IMG/VR virus record: IMGVR_UViG_3300044451_000174 | Location: 10,722-74,721 of that record | Origin: a virus | Taxonomy: Duplodnaviria > Heunggongvirae > Uroviricota > Caudoviricetes | Length of the DNA stretch: 64,000 nt | Strand: one strand, 5' to 3' | Part shown: positions 33,889 through 44,085 of the stretch, piece after piece | How positions within the stretch are numbered: position 1 is the first letter of the stretch | Layout of the letters: each line of letters opens with the position of its first letter | Program-made: the position numbers and the translations under genes | Notes under the pieces: model-generated | Databases searched by the model: none | What the model was told of the DNA's origin: nothing | The model's input: the letters and a program-made list of their open reading frames with translations, nothing else

Positions 33889-33973
33889 GTCCGTCTCCGA
33901 CTTGGGTTTGGTTTAGTTGGTGCGTCTGACCAACAGGACCAAACTTACAAAATCGTCGGAGCGGTGTCAATAC

Positions 33974-34282
33974 TCATTCGCTGGAATACATCCCGGCCGC
34001 GTTGAGTGCCACGTCTTCCGCCAACTTGAACGCGGGGCTACAAATTTCTTCGCCGCAGCAATCGCAGGTGAAGAGGTAGAAGTTCGCGTCCCGAACGCCC
34101 TTCTTCCAGCCGCACTCAGGGCAGGTGGCGATTTTCTCGAACGCGGCGTTGCACCAGTCACATTCGAGTCGATGCCGGGGGCCGTCAAAGCCCTCGGCAG
34201 CAGTTGTCCGGCGGCTGCAATAGAAACAGCCGACAAGACCGTCAGGTGCGGGATACCCGAAAAGACTACGCAGAATGCACAT
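33974..34282 (-). CDS. Cys-rich zinc-ribbon protein (102 aa)
   Basis: Several CxxC pairs: CFYC, CDWC, CPEC and CDCC. Confidence 0.45.
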   Translation of the reverse strand: MCILRSLFGYPAPDGLVGCFYCSRRTTAAEGFDGPRHRLECDWCNAAFEKIATCPECGWKKGVRDANFYLFTCDCCGEEICSPAFKLAEDVALNAAGMYSSE

Positions 34283-34508
34283 AATTGGACCTGAGTTTCA
34301 TCAACCGTTCTCGCGCCGACTGAGAAAGACGGGCGGCTGCGAGAAGTTCTTCGATGGAAACGTCAACCTCCTTCAAGATAGAAGCACGAGGAGGACGGCC
34401 CTCTGGAATTGCGCTCATGTTTTCCACGCCTTTCCGCAACTCTTTGGCGTGCAACACGATCTGTTCGAGAAGGCTGTCTGCCGCATCCCATCCTTCTTGG
34501 AGTTCCAT
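34266..34508 (-). CDS. hypothetical protein (80 aa)
   Basis: ORF. This is the first gene of the minus-strand block. Confidence 0.4.
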   Translation of the reverse strand: MELQEGWDAADSLLEQIVLHAKELRKGVENMSAIPEGRPPRASILKEVDVSIEELLAAARLSQSARERLMKLRSNYVHSA

Positions 34509-34626
34509 GACGATTCTCCGGTTTCAGGAAACCTTATCAGTCAAATTAGGCTAAAACGGCCACGGAATCAAGACGAGCTTCAGAAAACGTGGGATCGGGA
34601 GTCATTTAAGGCGGGCTATATACCGC

Positions 34627-35121
34627 ATGGACTTGGGAATGATAGACCAGATGCTGCAAGACCTGAACAAGCAGCCGGCGGTAGTAAAACCTGTGGGCAA
34701 GGGGAGTTTGATCAACTTCACCTACCTGTACGCCAAGACGGGCCACCCGGTTTCACCGATGGTTCTGGTCACGGACGTGATGCCCGGATACATCCGGGGG
34801 GTCAACCTTCAGTACCTGACGCCCGGATACATCCAGCGGTTGCTCGACAAGAGATTTTCCAACGGGTGTGGCAATCCGAGGTTCTCGTACTTCAACATCA
34901 AGGGCGATGCGTTCATAACGTCCGCGTTTCGGCAGTACAAGAGGACCGGAGTCGCCAACCTGAGACAGTTAGACTGTTCCTTCTTGGCGAGCTTGATTCA
35001 GACGATGCGCGGAATCGACATCGGTCAGATTTATGCGTTCCAGAAGCAAGTGAGCGAACAGATCGCGAGAGCGACCAACCCGGTGGCACAAGCTACAGCA
35101 CCGGATGCACCGGGTAGTTAA
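34627..35121 (+). CDS. hypothetical protein immediately upstream of the tape measure gene, possible tail assembly protein (164 aa)
   Basis: ORF. The functional guess rests on position only. Confidence 0.45.
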   Translation: MDLGMIDQMLQDLNKQPAVVKPVGKGSLINFTYLYAKTGHPVSPMVLVTDVMPGYIRGVNLQYLTPGYIQRLLDKRFSNGCGNPRFSYFNIKGDAFITSAFRQYKRTGVANLRQLDCSFLASLIQTMRGIDIGQIYAFQKQVSEQIARATNPVAQATAPDAPGS

Positions 35122-35131
35122 TAGAGGATAA

Positions 35132-38100
35132 ATGGCTGATCCGCAACTTCACGTCGTAGTCGATGCAATCGGCCGCAACGTAAACATGAACATCGACCCA
35201 AACCAGTGGGACGAACTGAAAAGTTCGATCACCGCCGGTATGAAGTCAGTTGTCGGGGAAGTCGCGTCGGTCATCAGCCAGAAAACGTCGTCCCAGTGCA
35301 AGTCAATCGAAGCAGCTTTGAACGAAATGAGTTCGAGTTTCGCTGAAGAAATATCGGGCCTGAAGCGGGTGATGAACGAACTCGGCCAGAAGATCGACAA
35401 CATCGGCAAGGGAACGGGAACCCCAACTCTCGGCGGCGACGTAAGCGGTTCCTTGGGCGTGATTCAAACGAACACTCAGGCCGTTTCCGACTACGTCACA
35501 GGAGAGTTCAAAACCGCGTTCGCTGGTCAGGCGTCCGACATTCGCGCAATGAAAGACATGGCGTCAACGCCGGGCAAGTTCTTCACACACGACCAAGAAA
35601 CACACAGACTACTAGGCGACTTGAAAGCCGCCATCGAAGCGTGCTGTCCGGGTTCTTCGATTGTTGACAAGACCCCATCCGTAGCTCCTTCGCCGACAGA
35701 AAGGGCGGCTCCGAGTGCGGCACCATCGGGTGGCGGTGGTGGCGGGGGTGGTGGCGGGGGCGGTGGCGGGCCGAGTCCGATGGACCGTGCCAGAGCATTT
35801 GAAGCGGCCATGAATGCCGCGACCACGTCAAACGAGGGCATGAACGACTCGCTCACGCGGGGTCGAAGGGCTTATCGTCAGCACCGCGAAGACATGATGG
35901 CGACGGATGACGCACTTGAAGGTTTCATCGGCCACGTCGCCGATCTTCAAGAGGCGTTTTTCGTCTTCTCGAAGGACATGAGTTTCTTGAAGGATACGTT
36001 CCTCGGCACCTTCAAGTCCATGTTCAAGGAAGCCGTACACGAAGAAGTCAAGTTCATCAAAGAGACGCGGGCCGCGATCAACGAGACGCAAGGTCTGACA
36101 GCCGAGACACGAGGTCTTCAAGACGCGATGACGGACATCGGCAAGACCGCCAAGACAACCGGCGTCGGCCGCTCCGAGTTCCAGGCGTCTTACCTGAAGG
36201 CTCTGAAGTCGGGCATCAAGGACCAGAAGATCGCGATGGCGGTTACGACGGCCCAGTTGAACACCGAGAAGCAGTTGGGTCTTGAGGCCGGCGAACTGAC
36301 CGAAGAGTTCATCAAGTGGAACAACCAGTACAACATGTCCACCATGCAGATCGCCGAAATGGGGCGGGGCATGCGGGACATCGCACGCTACACAGGCTTG
36401 ACGGGCAAGGAACTCGCCAACGCCGTCAAACAGGGTGACAACTTCGTTGAGGTTCTCCGCAACGCCGCCATGTTGAGTGCGAGCGCAGCCAAGAACGTCA
36501 TGGAGATCGCCGCCAACGCCCAAAAGATGGGTGTGACTAAGCAGATCGAACCGCTGATCAAGGCGATGGCATCGACCAACAACTTGTTCCGCGAAGCGTC
36601 GAGCGAGACTCGCGCCTTCCTGTTCCAAGCCGCCGCCCAGGTCGGTCGCACGGGCGACTTGATGAAGGGTACGATCCTCAAGACGAAGGGCGGCATCAAG
36701 GACATGGAGAAGGGCATGGAGATGATGCTGAAGAAATTCGGCGTCCAATCCGTTGAGGCCATCGACAACCTGTCCGACGAAGCCAAGATGAAGCTCAACC
36801 TCCAGTTGAAGGCCGCATACGGTCTTGAACTCGGCGAGTTGCAGCAGTCGCTGAAGGCGTTGAAAGAGTCCAGCAAAACCCTGGCCGACCGCCTCGATGA
36901 CATCCGCAAGAAACAACAAGGCAACCTCACGCTGGAAGAAAAACTGGCGTTGAAGGAAGAGGAGCGTCGTCTCAAAACGAGCAAGAGCTTCGAGATGTTG
37001 ACGAGTTTGGACGAGGCGGCTAAGGGCGCTAAGGACATGAACGCCGCGTTGTCCAAGTTCGGAGAAAGAAGGAAGGACTTCGAGGGCGACCTGAAGGCGA
37101 TGGGTAAGTCGTGGGGCAGCAACGCCGGTGCAGCCCGTGACGCCATCAACGAAGCTTTGAAGGGTGTCAACGAGTCGCTGAAGGCGTCCGGCAAGTCGGA
37201 ACTGAGTATCGACTCTTCTGAGATCGAGAAGGCGTTGAAAGACCCTGCGGCGTTCCGCGAACTGTCGGCCAAGTTGACTAAGGCCGAACAAGAAGCCGCG
37301 ACCGCACAGAAGGCCGCTCTGGACCCGATGAGCAAGATCGAGCAGGGCGTCCGCGAACTGAACGACACGATGAGGAACTTCACCAGCAGTTTCCTTTCAA
37401 GTTACATGAACTTGACGGGAGTGTTGGGCGTATTGGCTCCGCTCTTGGGCATGATGGCGGCACAACAGGCGTTGTCCATCGCACGGTGGCGGGCCGACAA
37501 GGACTTCGGTGTGATGGGTGTGCTTAAAAAAGGCTTGGGCAAGATCTTCGGTTACGGCGGCAAGAAGAAGGGCGGGGCGGGGGACGTTGCACCCGGTGCG
37601 GCGGCTGGTTCAGGAGTTGATGCGGGCAAGGGCGTCGAGGCTTTGGCAAAAGACGGTTTGGGCGGCGTGTCTCACGTCGAAGACGACACGGTAGCAGGGT
37701 TGCTGCGTCAGTTGCTTCACTGCCTGTGCAGTCCGAAGGCCAACGGGATCGAGAACGACGAGTTCAAAAACATCGGCAAGAAGAATAAGGCCAATGCCGC
37801 CCAGATCGAACAAGGAGCGGTCGCCAAAGCGGAGAAGAAGGCGGGCGGGGCAGCGGCCAAAGAAAAAAGCAAGGCGTCGGCTGGTGGCGACGACACCAAA
37901 TCGATCCTAGACAAGATCGAGAAACTGAAGGGGGACGGACCAAGAATCGCTAAAGCGGCCGGCATCATCGCGGCACTGACAATCGGAATCGTGCTGTTGG
38001 GCGCGGTGTTGATCAAGTTGGCTAACATGTTGTTCAGCAAATTGAAGCTGGACATCAAGACGGTCATCGAGACGGCCGCGATCATCGGCGTGATCATGGG

Positions 38101-41100
38101 AGCGGCTGGACTGATCGGCACCGCCTTGTACTACGCCAAGCCACACCTCGACAAACTCGCGGATGCCGAAAAGGACATCAACGCGATGGTCAAGAACATG
38201 TGGAAGGGCGCTAAGGCGTTGGCGAAGTTGTCGGGTCCGCTGCTCGTGTTTGCGGCGGAACTCGCGATCTTCGGCAAGATCGTTCTGGGTGCGTTGGGGC
38301 TGAGTCCGGGCAGGTTGCTCCTGATCGCCGGAACGTGGATCGCGTTGGCTCTCGGTATCGCCGGAATCGCGGAAGCGATTGTCCGGTCTGGGCCGATGTA
38401 CGCACAACTCCCGGTCGCCACGAAGATGATGCACACGCTCCACAAAGAACTGTGGGCCGCTGTAGGTGCGTTCGGACTCGTGACTCTGCCGCTGATCGCG
38501 TTCGCCGCAATCATGGCGTTGTTCGGTTACGTCGTGATCGACAAGTTCGGGTTGACTCCGGGCCGCATGTTCGCCATTGCAGCGACGTGGTTGATCCTCG
38601 CCGTCGCGGTCGGAGCCATCGGGTACGCTCTCACGGCTTCGTTGCCGGGATGGGCGACAATGGGTGCCGGTCTGAGTGCCGTGTGGTCGATCTATCCGAT
38701 GCTGTGGAGTGCGGTGGCGGCGTTCGCGCTAGTCAGCTTGCCGCTCATCGCGTTCGCGGGCCTTCTCGCACTGTTCGGATACGTTGTCATCGACAAGTTC
38801 GGCCTGAGTCCGGGCCGCATGTTCGCCATTGCAGCGACGTGGTTGATCCTCGCCGTCGCGGTCGGAGCCATCGGGTACGCTCTTGCCGCCTCGTTGCCCG
38901 GATGGGTAACGATGGGTGCCGGTCTGTCGGTGATCTGGGCGTTGATGCCGGTGTTGCTAAACGCAGTGGCCGCATTCGCCTTAGTGAGTCTGCCGATCAT
39001 CGCGTTCGCGGCACTTCTTGCAGGGTTCGGGTACATCGTAATTGATCAACTCGGATTGACTCCGGGCCGTATGTTCCAGATTGCAGCGACATGGTTGATC
39101 CTCGCCGTCGCGGTCGGGGCCATCGGTTACGCTCTAACGGCATCGTTGCCCGGATGGGTAACGATGGGTGTCGGTCTGGGTGTGATCTGGTCGCTGCTCC
39201 CCCTGTTGTTCATGGCGGTTGCGGCCTTCGCGCTAGTGAGTTTGCCAATCGTGGCGTTCGCTGCGATTCTGGCCGCGTTCGGGACAATCGTAATTGACGA
39301 GCTTGGGTTGACGCCGAGTCGGATGTTCGACATCGCGGCGACGTGGCTGGTACTGGCAATCGGTATTGGGGCAATCTCCTACGCACTGATTGAGGCGACT
39401 CCGGGCTGGAGCATGTTGGGTATCGCCTACCCGTTCCTGCTTTACGCATACGGCTTGATGTGGTTGGGCGTGGGAGCATTCGCACTGGTAAGCTTGCCGA
39501 TTCTCGCTCTGGCCGAGATCATCGCCGAGTTCGGCGACACGCTTGACGAACTGGGTCTGACCCCGGAACGGATGAAGCAGATCGGCGAGACGTTCGTGAC
39601 GCTGTCTGAGACGATTGGCGAATTGTGCATGTCGATGTTGGGAGCCACCGCGAAATTGGCGGTCCTCGGCGTTCTGAGCATCTTCTCCGTTCTGATGATG
39701 AGCCTCGCGATGTTGGGCGTCGGTGCCTTCGCGGTGCTGGCGATCCCGATTTTGGCTCTTGGCAGTGCGATCTCCAACTTCGGCCGGACGATCATTGACG
39801 ACATGGGCCTGACCCCAGAACGAATGCAAGCCATTCAAGATTCGTTCACCTCGTTGACCGACACGATTAGGAGCCTGTCTTGGAAAATGATTTCGGCAAC
39901 GGCGTCACTATCGTTATTGGGCGTGCTTTTGATATTCTCAACTTTGGCTTCCACGTTTATATGGATGGGCGCGTTGGCATTCCTCGTGATGATGGGGCCG
40001 TTCCAGTTCTTGGCATACATGCTTTCCAAGTTCGCCGAATCAGTTGACATTGAAGGGGTGAAAAAAGCTGGTGAAATTTGCGAGGCGATTGCCAAGACGA
40101 TTAGTACGATTCCGCCAGTCATCAAGTCACTAACCGACGAATTATTACCGTTGATGGAACCGCGTTGGTGGGGTCTTGTTGGGCCAAGCAAGATGGAAAA
40201 AGCTCTTAAGGTAACAACAGGTTTCTTCAGTAAGAACTTTGCAGCAATCTTGAGTTTTATTTCTTACGGCATTATTGATCCAATCTTTGGCATTGGTCCC
40301 GGTGCCGCAGGTGTTAAACTCAATCCTCGCGACATTCAGACGGCCGCGAACGTGATGAAGGGGCTGGCTGATATGCTACCCGCTATTCCACCTGTGATTG
40401 ACGCACTGAATGGCCCAATTGCCGATCTGTCTAAAAAAAGTTGGTTTGGATACGGCAGTAACAAATTAGAAAAAACTCTGAATAAACTAAAAGACGGTTT
40501 CCATTCAAGTTTTGCGGCAATTTTGAATTTCATTTCTTACGGTATTATTGATCCGATATTTGGTATCGGTGCCGGTGCTTTTGGCACTAAACTAAATCCA
40601 CGAGATGTTCAAACCGCCGGTAAGATTATGAGTGGGTTGGCAGAAATGCTACCTGCTATTCCACCTGTGATTGACGCACTGAATGGCCCAATTGCCGATC
40701 TGTCTAAAAAAAGTTGGTTTGGATACGGCAGTAACAAATTAGAAAAAACTCTGAATAAACTAAAAGACGGTTTCCATTCAAGTTTTGCGGCAATTTTGAA
40801 TTTCATTTCTTACGGTATTATTGATCCGATATTTGGTATCGGTGCCGGTGCTTTTGGCACTAAACTAAATCCACGAGATGTTCAAACCGCCGGTAAGATT
40901 ATGAAGGGGCTGGCAGAAATGCTACCTGCTATTCCACCTGTGATTGACGCACTGAATGGCCCAATTGCCGATCTGAGCAGCAAAGGCTGGTTCAGCGGCA
41001 AGAATAAGTTGCAGAAAACGTTAGCCAAGTTGCAACAAGGTTTCCAGCAGAACTTCACGGCGATTTTAAGTTTCATATCACATGGTATTATTGGCCCTAT

Positions 41101-43204
41101 ATTCGGTGCCGGCCAAGCCGAGGGCGAGGGCATTATGTTAAACCCACGCTACATTCAAATGGCTGCAAATGTGATGAAAGGTCTGGCCGATATGCTTCCG
41201 GCCATCGGAACCATGATTGACACTCTCGGCAGTGGAATTCAGAAAATCCTGAAAAGCAGCAAAATGCGGATGAAGATGGACGCAATCGAAACGTTCGCGA
41301 CATGGTTCGCGAACGTAGCCCGCTTGCTGACCGAAGGTATGGTGATTCCGATCAAGACGCAGTTCCCGACCGTGGACGAAGTTCAGGACATGGGCGGAAG
41401 ACTTGAAGGAATGACGCAGATCGTTGCCAAATTGCCGAAGTTCATGGAGGATCTGTACTCCAAGATTAAAGAAGGTTTGGCACTGTTAGATCAAAACAAG
41501 ATCGAGGGCAACGAGGTAACACGATTTACGATATGGTTCTATAACGTTGCCTCGATGTTGAACTTCGGTATTGTGATGCCGATCACGACCGGATTCCCGC
41601 CACAGAAAGAAGCGGACGACGCTATCGCCAAGCTCGACAAGATGACAGAGATCGTATCAAAGTTGCCGTCAATCGTTCAGAGCTTGAGCGAGGCGACGGC
41701 CGGCGCTCGCGAGATGATGAAGAGTTCGGGCATTTGGGGCGCGTACCGCGACATGGACATGTTCATGTGGGAAGCGGGCTTCATCATCCGTCGCGGCGTG
41801 ATGGAGCCGATGCAGACATGGCCGAAAGACAGCGAGATGACCGACGCCGTTGCCCGCATCACCAAGATGGACGAAATGTTCAAGACGATGGCTCAGGCTA
41901 TGGAAAGCATGGCCGCGTCAGCTAAAGCTATGGCTTCTGTTGATCTAAGTCAGTCTATGAACATGGGGAGTTTGGGCAACCCTGAAAATGGCAACTTAGC
42001 CGAGTTCGTGAGTGCGTTCGCGGAACAGAACGCCGAGTCGATGGGCATGAACGATACTAATTCTTTGGTTGATGTGATGGGTCAACAATCTCCACAAATC
42101 ACATCGATGCAAAGTGCTTTGCGAATTGTCGAGAACTACACCCACGACATCAAGGATCTGTTCGAGCGGTCGTCCAGTGTCATCGGTGACATCCAGAAGA
42201 CCAGCGAGTACATGTCGATGTTCGGTGATTTGGACTTCTACGAGAACCAGATCTCCGAGAAGATCGCGCAGAGCAAGCAGTTCGTGCCGACCGTCCAGAG
42301 GATTGCAGAGAACATCGGTAAAGGCTTCGACTTTGCCGGCGGCAAGGCGTTGCTCGAAACCATCGCCGGACAGAAAGTCCGCATGGATGAAATGGCGGCG
42401 GGTCTGAAGGAAACAGAAGACTACACCAAGAAATTGGCGGAAATCTTCACGATGGCGAACAACGCCGTCAACATGATCAAGCAGACCACCAACAACCTGA
42501 CGCAACTCAATGCCATCAAAGACGTTGAGAAAGAAATTACGGCCAAGATCGCGTCGGGCAACAGCTTCATGGTGTCGGTGTTGAAGACGGTCGAGGCGGT
42601 CGCCACCAACTTCGGAACCAACGAAGAGGTCAAGACGACTCTGATGGGTGTGCAGGCCAAGATCAAGGCGGCGGGCGACACGAATCAGGCGTTGACCGAC
42701 TCTTTAAAGTTCATCGAGACGGTTAAACAGTTGCAGAGCAACGTGTTGTCAATCGGCCAAATGGCCAAAGACAAGCCGCTTGGCGGTGGCGTGCCGGGTG
42801 CCGGCGCTCCTGTCAGCATCCCGGCCGCTAAGACCGGATTGAGTACGCCTGAGCCGGTACAGACCGCTTCGACAACGGGCGCGGCCAACTTGGACGTTGA
42901 GAAGACGATCATGAGAGATCAGGCGACTTCTCAGCCGCCGGCCGGTGGCAACAAGAACGCGGTCGATTTCAGCAACTTGCAGAAGGCGATTGAAGAGAAC
43001 AAGATGACCAACGACGAGATCCTCAGCGTGCTTCAGGCCATGTTGCGGCTGATGACGCCGCGTTCTGGAAGCAACACGGCACCGGGCGGGGACACGAATA
43101 CATATTCGCGTCCCGACAAGCCGGCTGCTTACTACCGCGCACCCGTTGGCGACTTCAACAGTTCCGCAGGTAAGGGTGCCACCAACATGGTAAGGACCAG
43201 ATAA
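35132..43204 (+). CDS. tail tape measure protein (TMP), 2690 aa, with internal tandem repeats and multiple transmembrane hairpins
   Basis: Giant ORF directly upstream of the baseplate genes. It has alpha-helical low-complexity regions, a Gly14 run, 252-bp repeats that encode paired transmembrane helices, and 273-bp repeats. Confidence 0.7.
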   Translation: MADPQLHVVVDAIGRNVNMNIDPNQWDELKSSITAGMKSVVGEVASVISQKTSSQCKSIEAALNEMSSSFAEEISGLKRVMNELGQKIDNIGKGTGTPTLGGDVSGSLGVIQTNTQAVSDYVTGEFKTAFAGQASDIRAMKDMASTPGKFFTHDQETHRLLGDLKAAIEACCPGSSIVDKTPSVAPSPTERAAPSAAPSGGGGGGGGGGGGGGPSPMDRARAFEAAMNAATTSNEGMNDSLTRGRRAYRQHREDMMATDDALEGFIGHVADLQEAFFVFSKDMSFLKDTFLGTFKSMFKEAVHEEVKFIKETRAAINETQGLTAETRGLQDAMTDIGKTAKTTGVGRSEFQASYLKALKSGIKDQKIAMAVTTAQLNTEKQLGLEAGELTEEFIKWNNQYNMSTMQIAEMGRGMRDIARYTGLTGKELANAVKQGDNFVEVLRNAAMLSASAAKNVMEIAANAQKMGVTKQIEPLIKAMASTNNLFREASSETRAFLFQAAAQVGRTGDLMKGTILKTKGGIKDMEKGMEMMLKKFGVQSVEAIDNLSDEAKMKLNLQLKAAYGLELGELQQSLKALKESSKTLADRLDDIRKKQQGNLTLEEKLALKEEERRLKTSKSFEMLTSLDEAAKGAKDMNAALSKFGERRKDFEGDLKAMGKSWGSNAGAARDAINEALKGVNESLKASGKSELSIDSSEIEKALKDPAAFRELSAKLTKAEQEAATAQKAALDPMSKIEQGVRELNDTMRNFTSSFLSSYMNLTGVLGVLAPLLGMMAAQQALSIARWRADKDFGVMGVLKKGLGKIFGYGGKKKGGAGDVAPGAAAGSGVDAGKGVEALAKDGLGGVSHVEDDTVAGLLRQLLHCLCSPKANGIENDEFKNIGKKNKANAAQIEQGAVAKAEKKAGGAAAKEKSKASAGGDDTKSILDKIEKLKGDGPRIAKAAGIIAALTIGIVLLGAVLIKLANMLFSKLKLDIKTVIETAAIIGVIMGAAGLIGTALYYAKPHLDKLADAEKDINAMVKNMWKGAKALAKLSGPLLVFAAELAIFGKIVLGALGLSPGRLLLIAGTWIALALGIAGIAEAIVRSGPMYAQLPVATKMMHTLHKELWAAVGAFGLVTLPLIAFAAIMALFGYVVIDKFGLTPGRMFAIAATWLILAVAVGAIGYALTASLPGWATMGAGLSAVWSIYPMLWSAVAAFALVSLPLIAFAGLLALFGYVVIDKFGLSPGRMFAIAATWLILAVAVGAIGYALAASLPGWVTMGAGLSVIWALMPVLLNAVAAFALVSLPIIAFAALLAGFGYIVIDQLGLTPGRMFQIAATWLILAVAVGAIGYALTASLPGWVTMGVGLGVIWSLLPLLFMAVAAFALVSLPIVAFAAILAAFGTIVIDELGLTPSRMFDIAATWLVLAIGIGAISYALIEATPGWSMLGIAYPFLLYAYGLMWLGVGAFALVSLPILALAEIIAEFGDTLDELGLTPERMKQIGETFVTLSETIGELCMSMLGATAKLAVLGVLSIFSVLMMSLAMLGVGAFAVLAIPILALGSAISNFGRTIIDDMGLTPERMQAIQDSFTSLTDTIRSLSWKMISATASLSLLGVLLIFSTLASTFIWMGALAFLVMMGPFQFLAYMLSKFAESVDIEGVKKAGEICEAIAKTISTIPPVIKSLTDELLPLMEPRWWGLVGPSKMEKALKVTTGFFSKNFAAILSFISYGIIDPIFGIGPGAAGVKLNPRDIQTAANVMKGLADMLPAIPPVIDALNGPIADLSKKSWFGYGSNKLEKTLNKLKDGFHSSFAAILNFISYGIIDPIFGIGAGAFGTKLNPRDVQTAGKIMSGLAEMLPAIPPVIDALNGPIADLSKKSWFGYGSNKLEKTLNKLKDGFHSSFAAILNFISYGIIDPIFGIGAGAFGTKLNPRDVQTAGKIMKGLAEMLPAIPPVIDALNGPIADLSSKGWFSGKNKLQKTLAKLQQGFQQNFTAILSFISHGIIGPIFGAGQAEGEGIMLNPRYIQMAANVMKGLADMLPAIGTMIDTLGSGIQKILKSSKMRMKMDAIETFATWFANVARLLTEGMVIPIKTQFPTVDEVQDMGGRLEGMTQIVAKLPKFMEDLYSKIKEGLALLDQNKIEGNEVTRFTIWFYNVASMLNFGIVMPITTGFPPQKEADDAIAKLDKMTEIVSKLPSIVQSLSEATAGAREMMKSSGIWGAYRDMDMFMWEAGFIIRRGVMEPMQTWPKDSEMTDAVARITKMDEMFKTMAQAMESMAASAKAMASVDLSQSMNMGSLGNPENGNLAEFVSAFAEQNAESMGMNDTNSLVDVMGQQSPQITSMQSALRIVENYTHDIKDLFERSSSVIGDIQKTSEYMSMFGDLDFYENQISEKIAQSKQFVPTVQRIAENIGKGFDFAGGKALLETIAGQKVRMDEMAAGLKETEDYTKKLAEIFTMANNAVNMIKQTTNNLTQLNAIKDVEKEITAKIASGNSFMVSVLKTVEAVATNFGTNEEVKTTLMGVQAKIKAAGDTNQALTDSLKFIETVKQLQSNVLSIGQMAKDKPLGGGVPGAGAPVSIPAAKTGLSTPEPVQTASTTGAANLDVEKTIMRDQATSQPPAGGNKNAVDFSNLQKAIEENKMTNDEILSVLQAMLRLMTPRSGSNTAPGGDTNTYSRPDKPAAYYRAPVGDFNSSAGKGATNMVRTR
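38450..39960 (+). repeat. about six tandem 252-bp (84-aa) repeats inside the TMP gene encoding paired transmembrane helices
   Basis: Near-identical stretches such as ccgggccgcatgttcgccattgcagcgacgtggttgatcctcgccgtcgcggtcggagccatcgggtacgct recur at 252-bp spacing. The peptide repeat is FALVSLPLIAFA...GLTPGRMF..IAATWLILAVAVGAIGYAL. Confidence 0.7.
40230..41050 (+). repeat. three tandem 273-bp (91-aa) near-identical repeats inside the TMP gene, AT-richer than their surroundings
   Basis: Antisense ORFs at 40336, 40609 and 40882 are spaced exactly 273 bp apart. The peptide repeat ILNFISYGIIDPIFGIGAGAFGTKLNPRDVQTAGKIM..LPAIPPVIDALNGPIADLSKKSWFGYGSNKLEKTLNKLKDGFHSSFAA occurs three times. Confidence 0.75.
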
Positions 43205-43743
43205 TGGCTAGAGCTACGGAAAAAGGCTCGTGCAGACTGAAACCTATCAGGAATTGTTACATCACAATTCCCGGCTACGGCCCGATCTTCATGAACAACT
43301 TGCCCGAACTGAGCGACGGCAAGAGCGCCAGTTATCCTGACACGACGATCATTGGTCGTTCGTTCCCGATCAAGGCGTTCAGCCACTCGGAAAACAGGTC
43401 GATCAGTTGGGCGATGCACTTGTTCGTCGTGTCGAAGCAGGACATCAACGACAACTTGATCTTGATGAGGAAGCTGGAGTCCTGTGTCTATCCGAGGAAC
43501 ACGGGACCGGGTCCGTATGCGCCGCCGCTGATCTGTCAGTTGAAGTGCGGGGAGCTTCTGAGTGTGGGGAACCAGCCTTTGAACGCGGTTCTGAAAAGTT
43601 ACAGTGTGAAATTCCCGACCGACGTGGCGTGGGATGAAGACAAGCTTACTCCATTTAAGATGGACATCGATCTCAGCTTCGAGGTCGTTTATAGCAGCAA
43701 CAATTTGCCTGGGGCCGAAAGAATTGTCAACCTGGGCATGTAA
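43204..43743 (+). CDS. putative tail protein in the gpU or tube-initiator position (179 aa)
   Basis: Sits between the TMP gene and the LysM protein gene. ATGA-type overlap with the TMP gene. No diagnostic motif. Confidence 0.35.
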   Translation: MARATEKGSCRLKPIRNCYITIPGYGPIFMNNLPELSDGKSASYPDTTIIGRSFPIKAFSHSENRSISWAMHLFVVSKQDINDNLILMRKLESCVYPRNTGPGPYAPPLICQLKCGELLSVGNQPLNAVLKSYSVKFPTDVAWDEDKLTPFKMDIDLSFEVVYSSNNLPGAERIVNLGM

Positions 43744-43749
43744 ACCGAG

Positions 43750-44076
43750 GTGACAGTGGCCAACTTCTTTGAAGAAACGAACATAAACCCCAGAACTTAC
43801 TTCACTGCCGCGAGTCGGTATTCCGACTCGACCATCTGCTATTACACGGACATGAAACGCCTGTCACTTACGACGTACAAGCGTGGCGTTTCTGCCGTGA
43901 CCCCCAACGACAAATTCATGGTAATCGGGAAGGGCCAAGAGTACCGTCCCGATCTGGTCAGTAGTCGCGTCTACGGTCTGCCCGATTTCTGGTGGCGGAT
44001 CATGGAGGCTAACGGGATCTACGACATTTACGACTTCAAGGCCGGCGTCAACATCCGAATCCCCTCAATGATCTAA
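43750..44076 (+). CDS. LysM-like tail protein (P2 gpX / T4 gp53-like)
   Basis: PDLVSSRVYGLPDFWWRIMEANGIYDIYDFKAGVNIRIP fits a LysM pattern. Confidence 0.55.
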   Translation: MTVANFFEETNINPRTYFTAASRYSDSTICYYTDMKRLSLTTYKRGVSAVTPNDKFMVIGKGQEYRPDLVSSRVYGLPDFWWRIMEANGIYDIYDFKAGVNIRIPSMI

Positions 44077-44085
44077 GGAAAACGT

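Noticed and set aside
35828-37383. Two long minus-strand ORFs of 487 and 331 aa inside the tape measure gene
   Set aside because: Shadow ORFs of the giant plus-strand TMP gene. The repeats on the plus strand encode coherent transmembrane and coiled-coil protein.
38450-41050. Regular 252-bp and 273-bp repeats considered as a CRISPR array or satellite
   Set aside because: The units are far longer than CRISPR repeat-spacer periodicity. They are in frame within one giant ORF and encode repeated protein modules.
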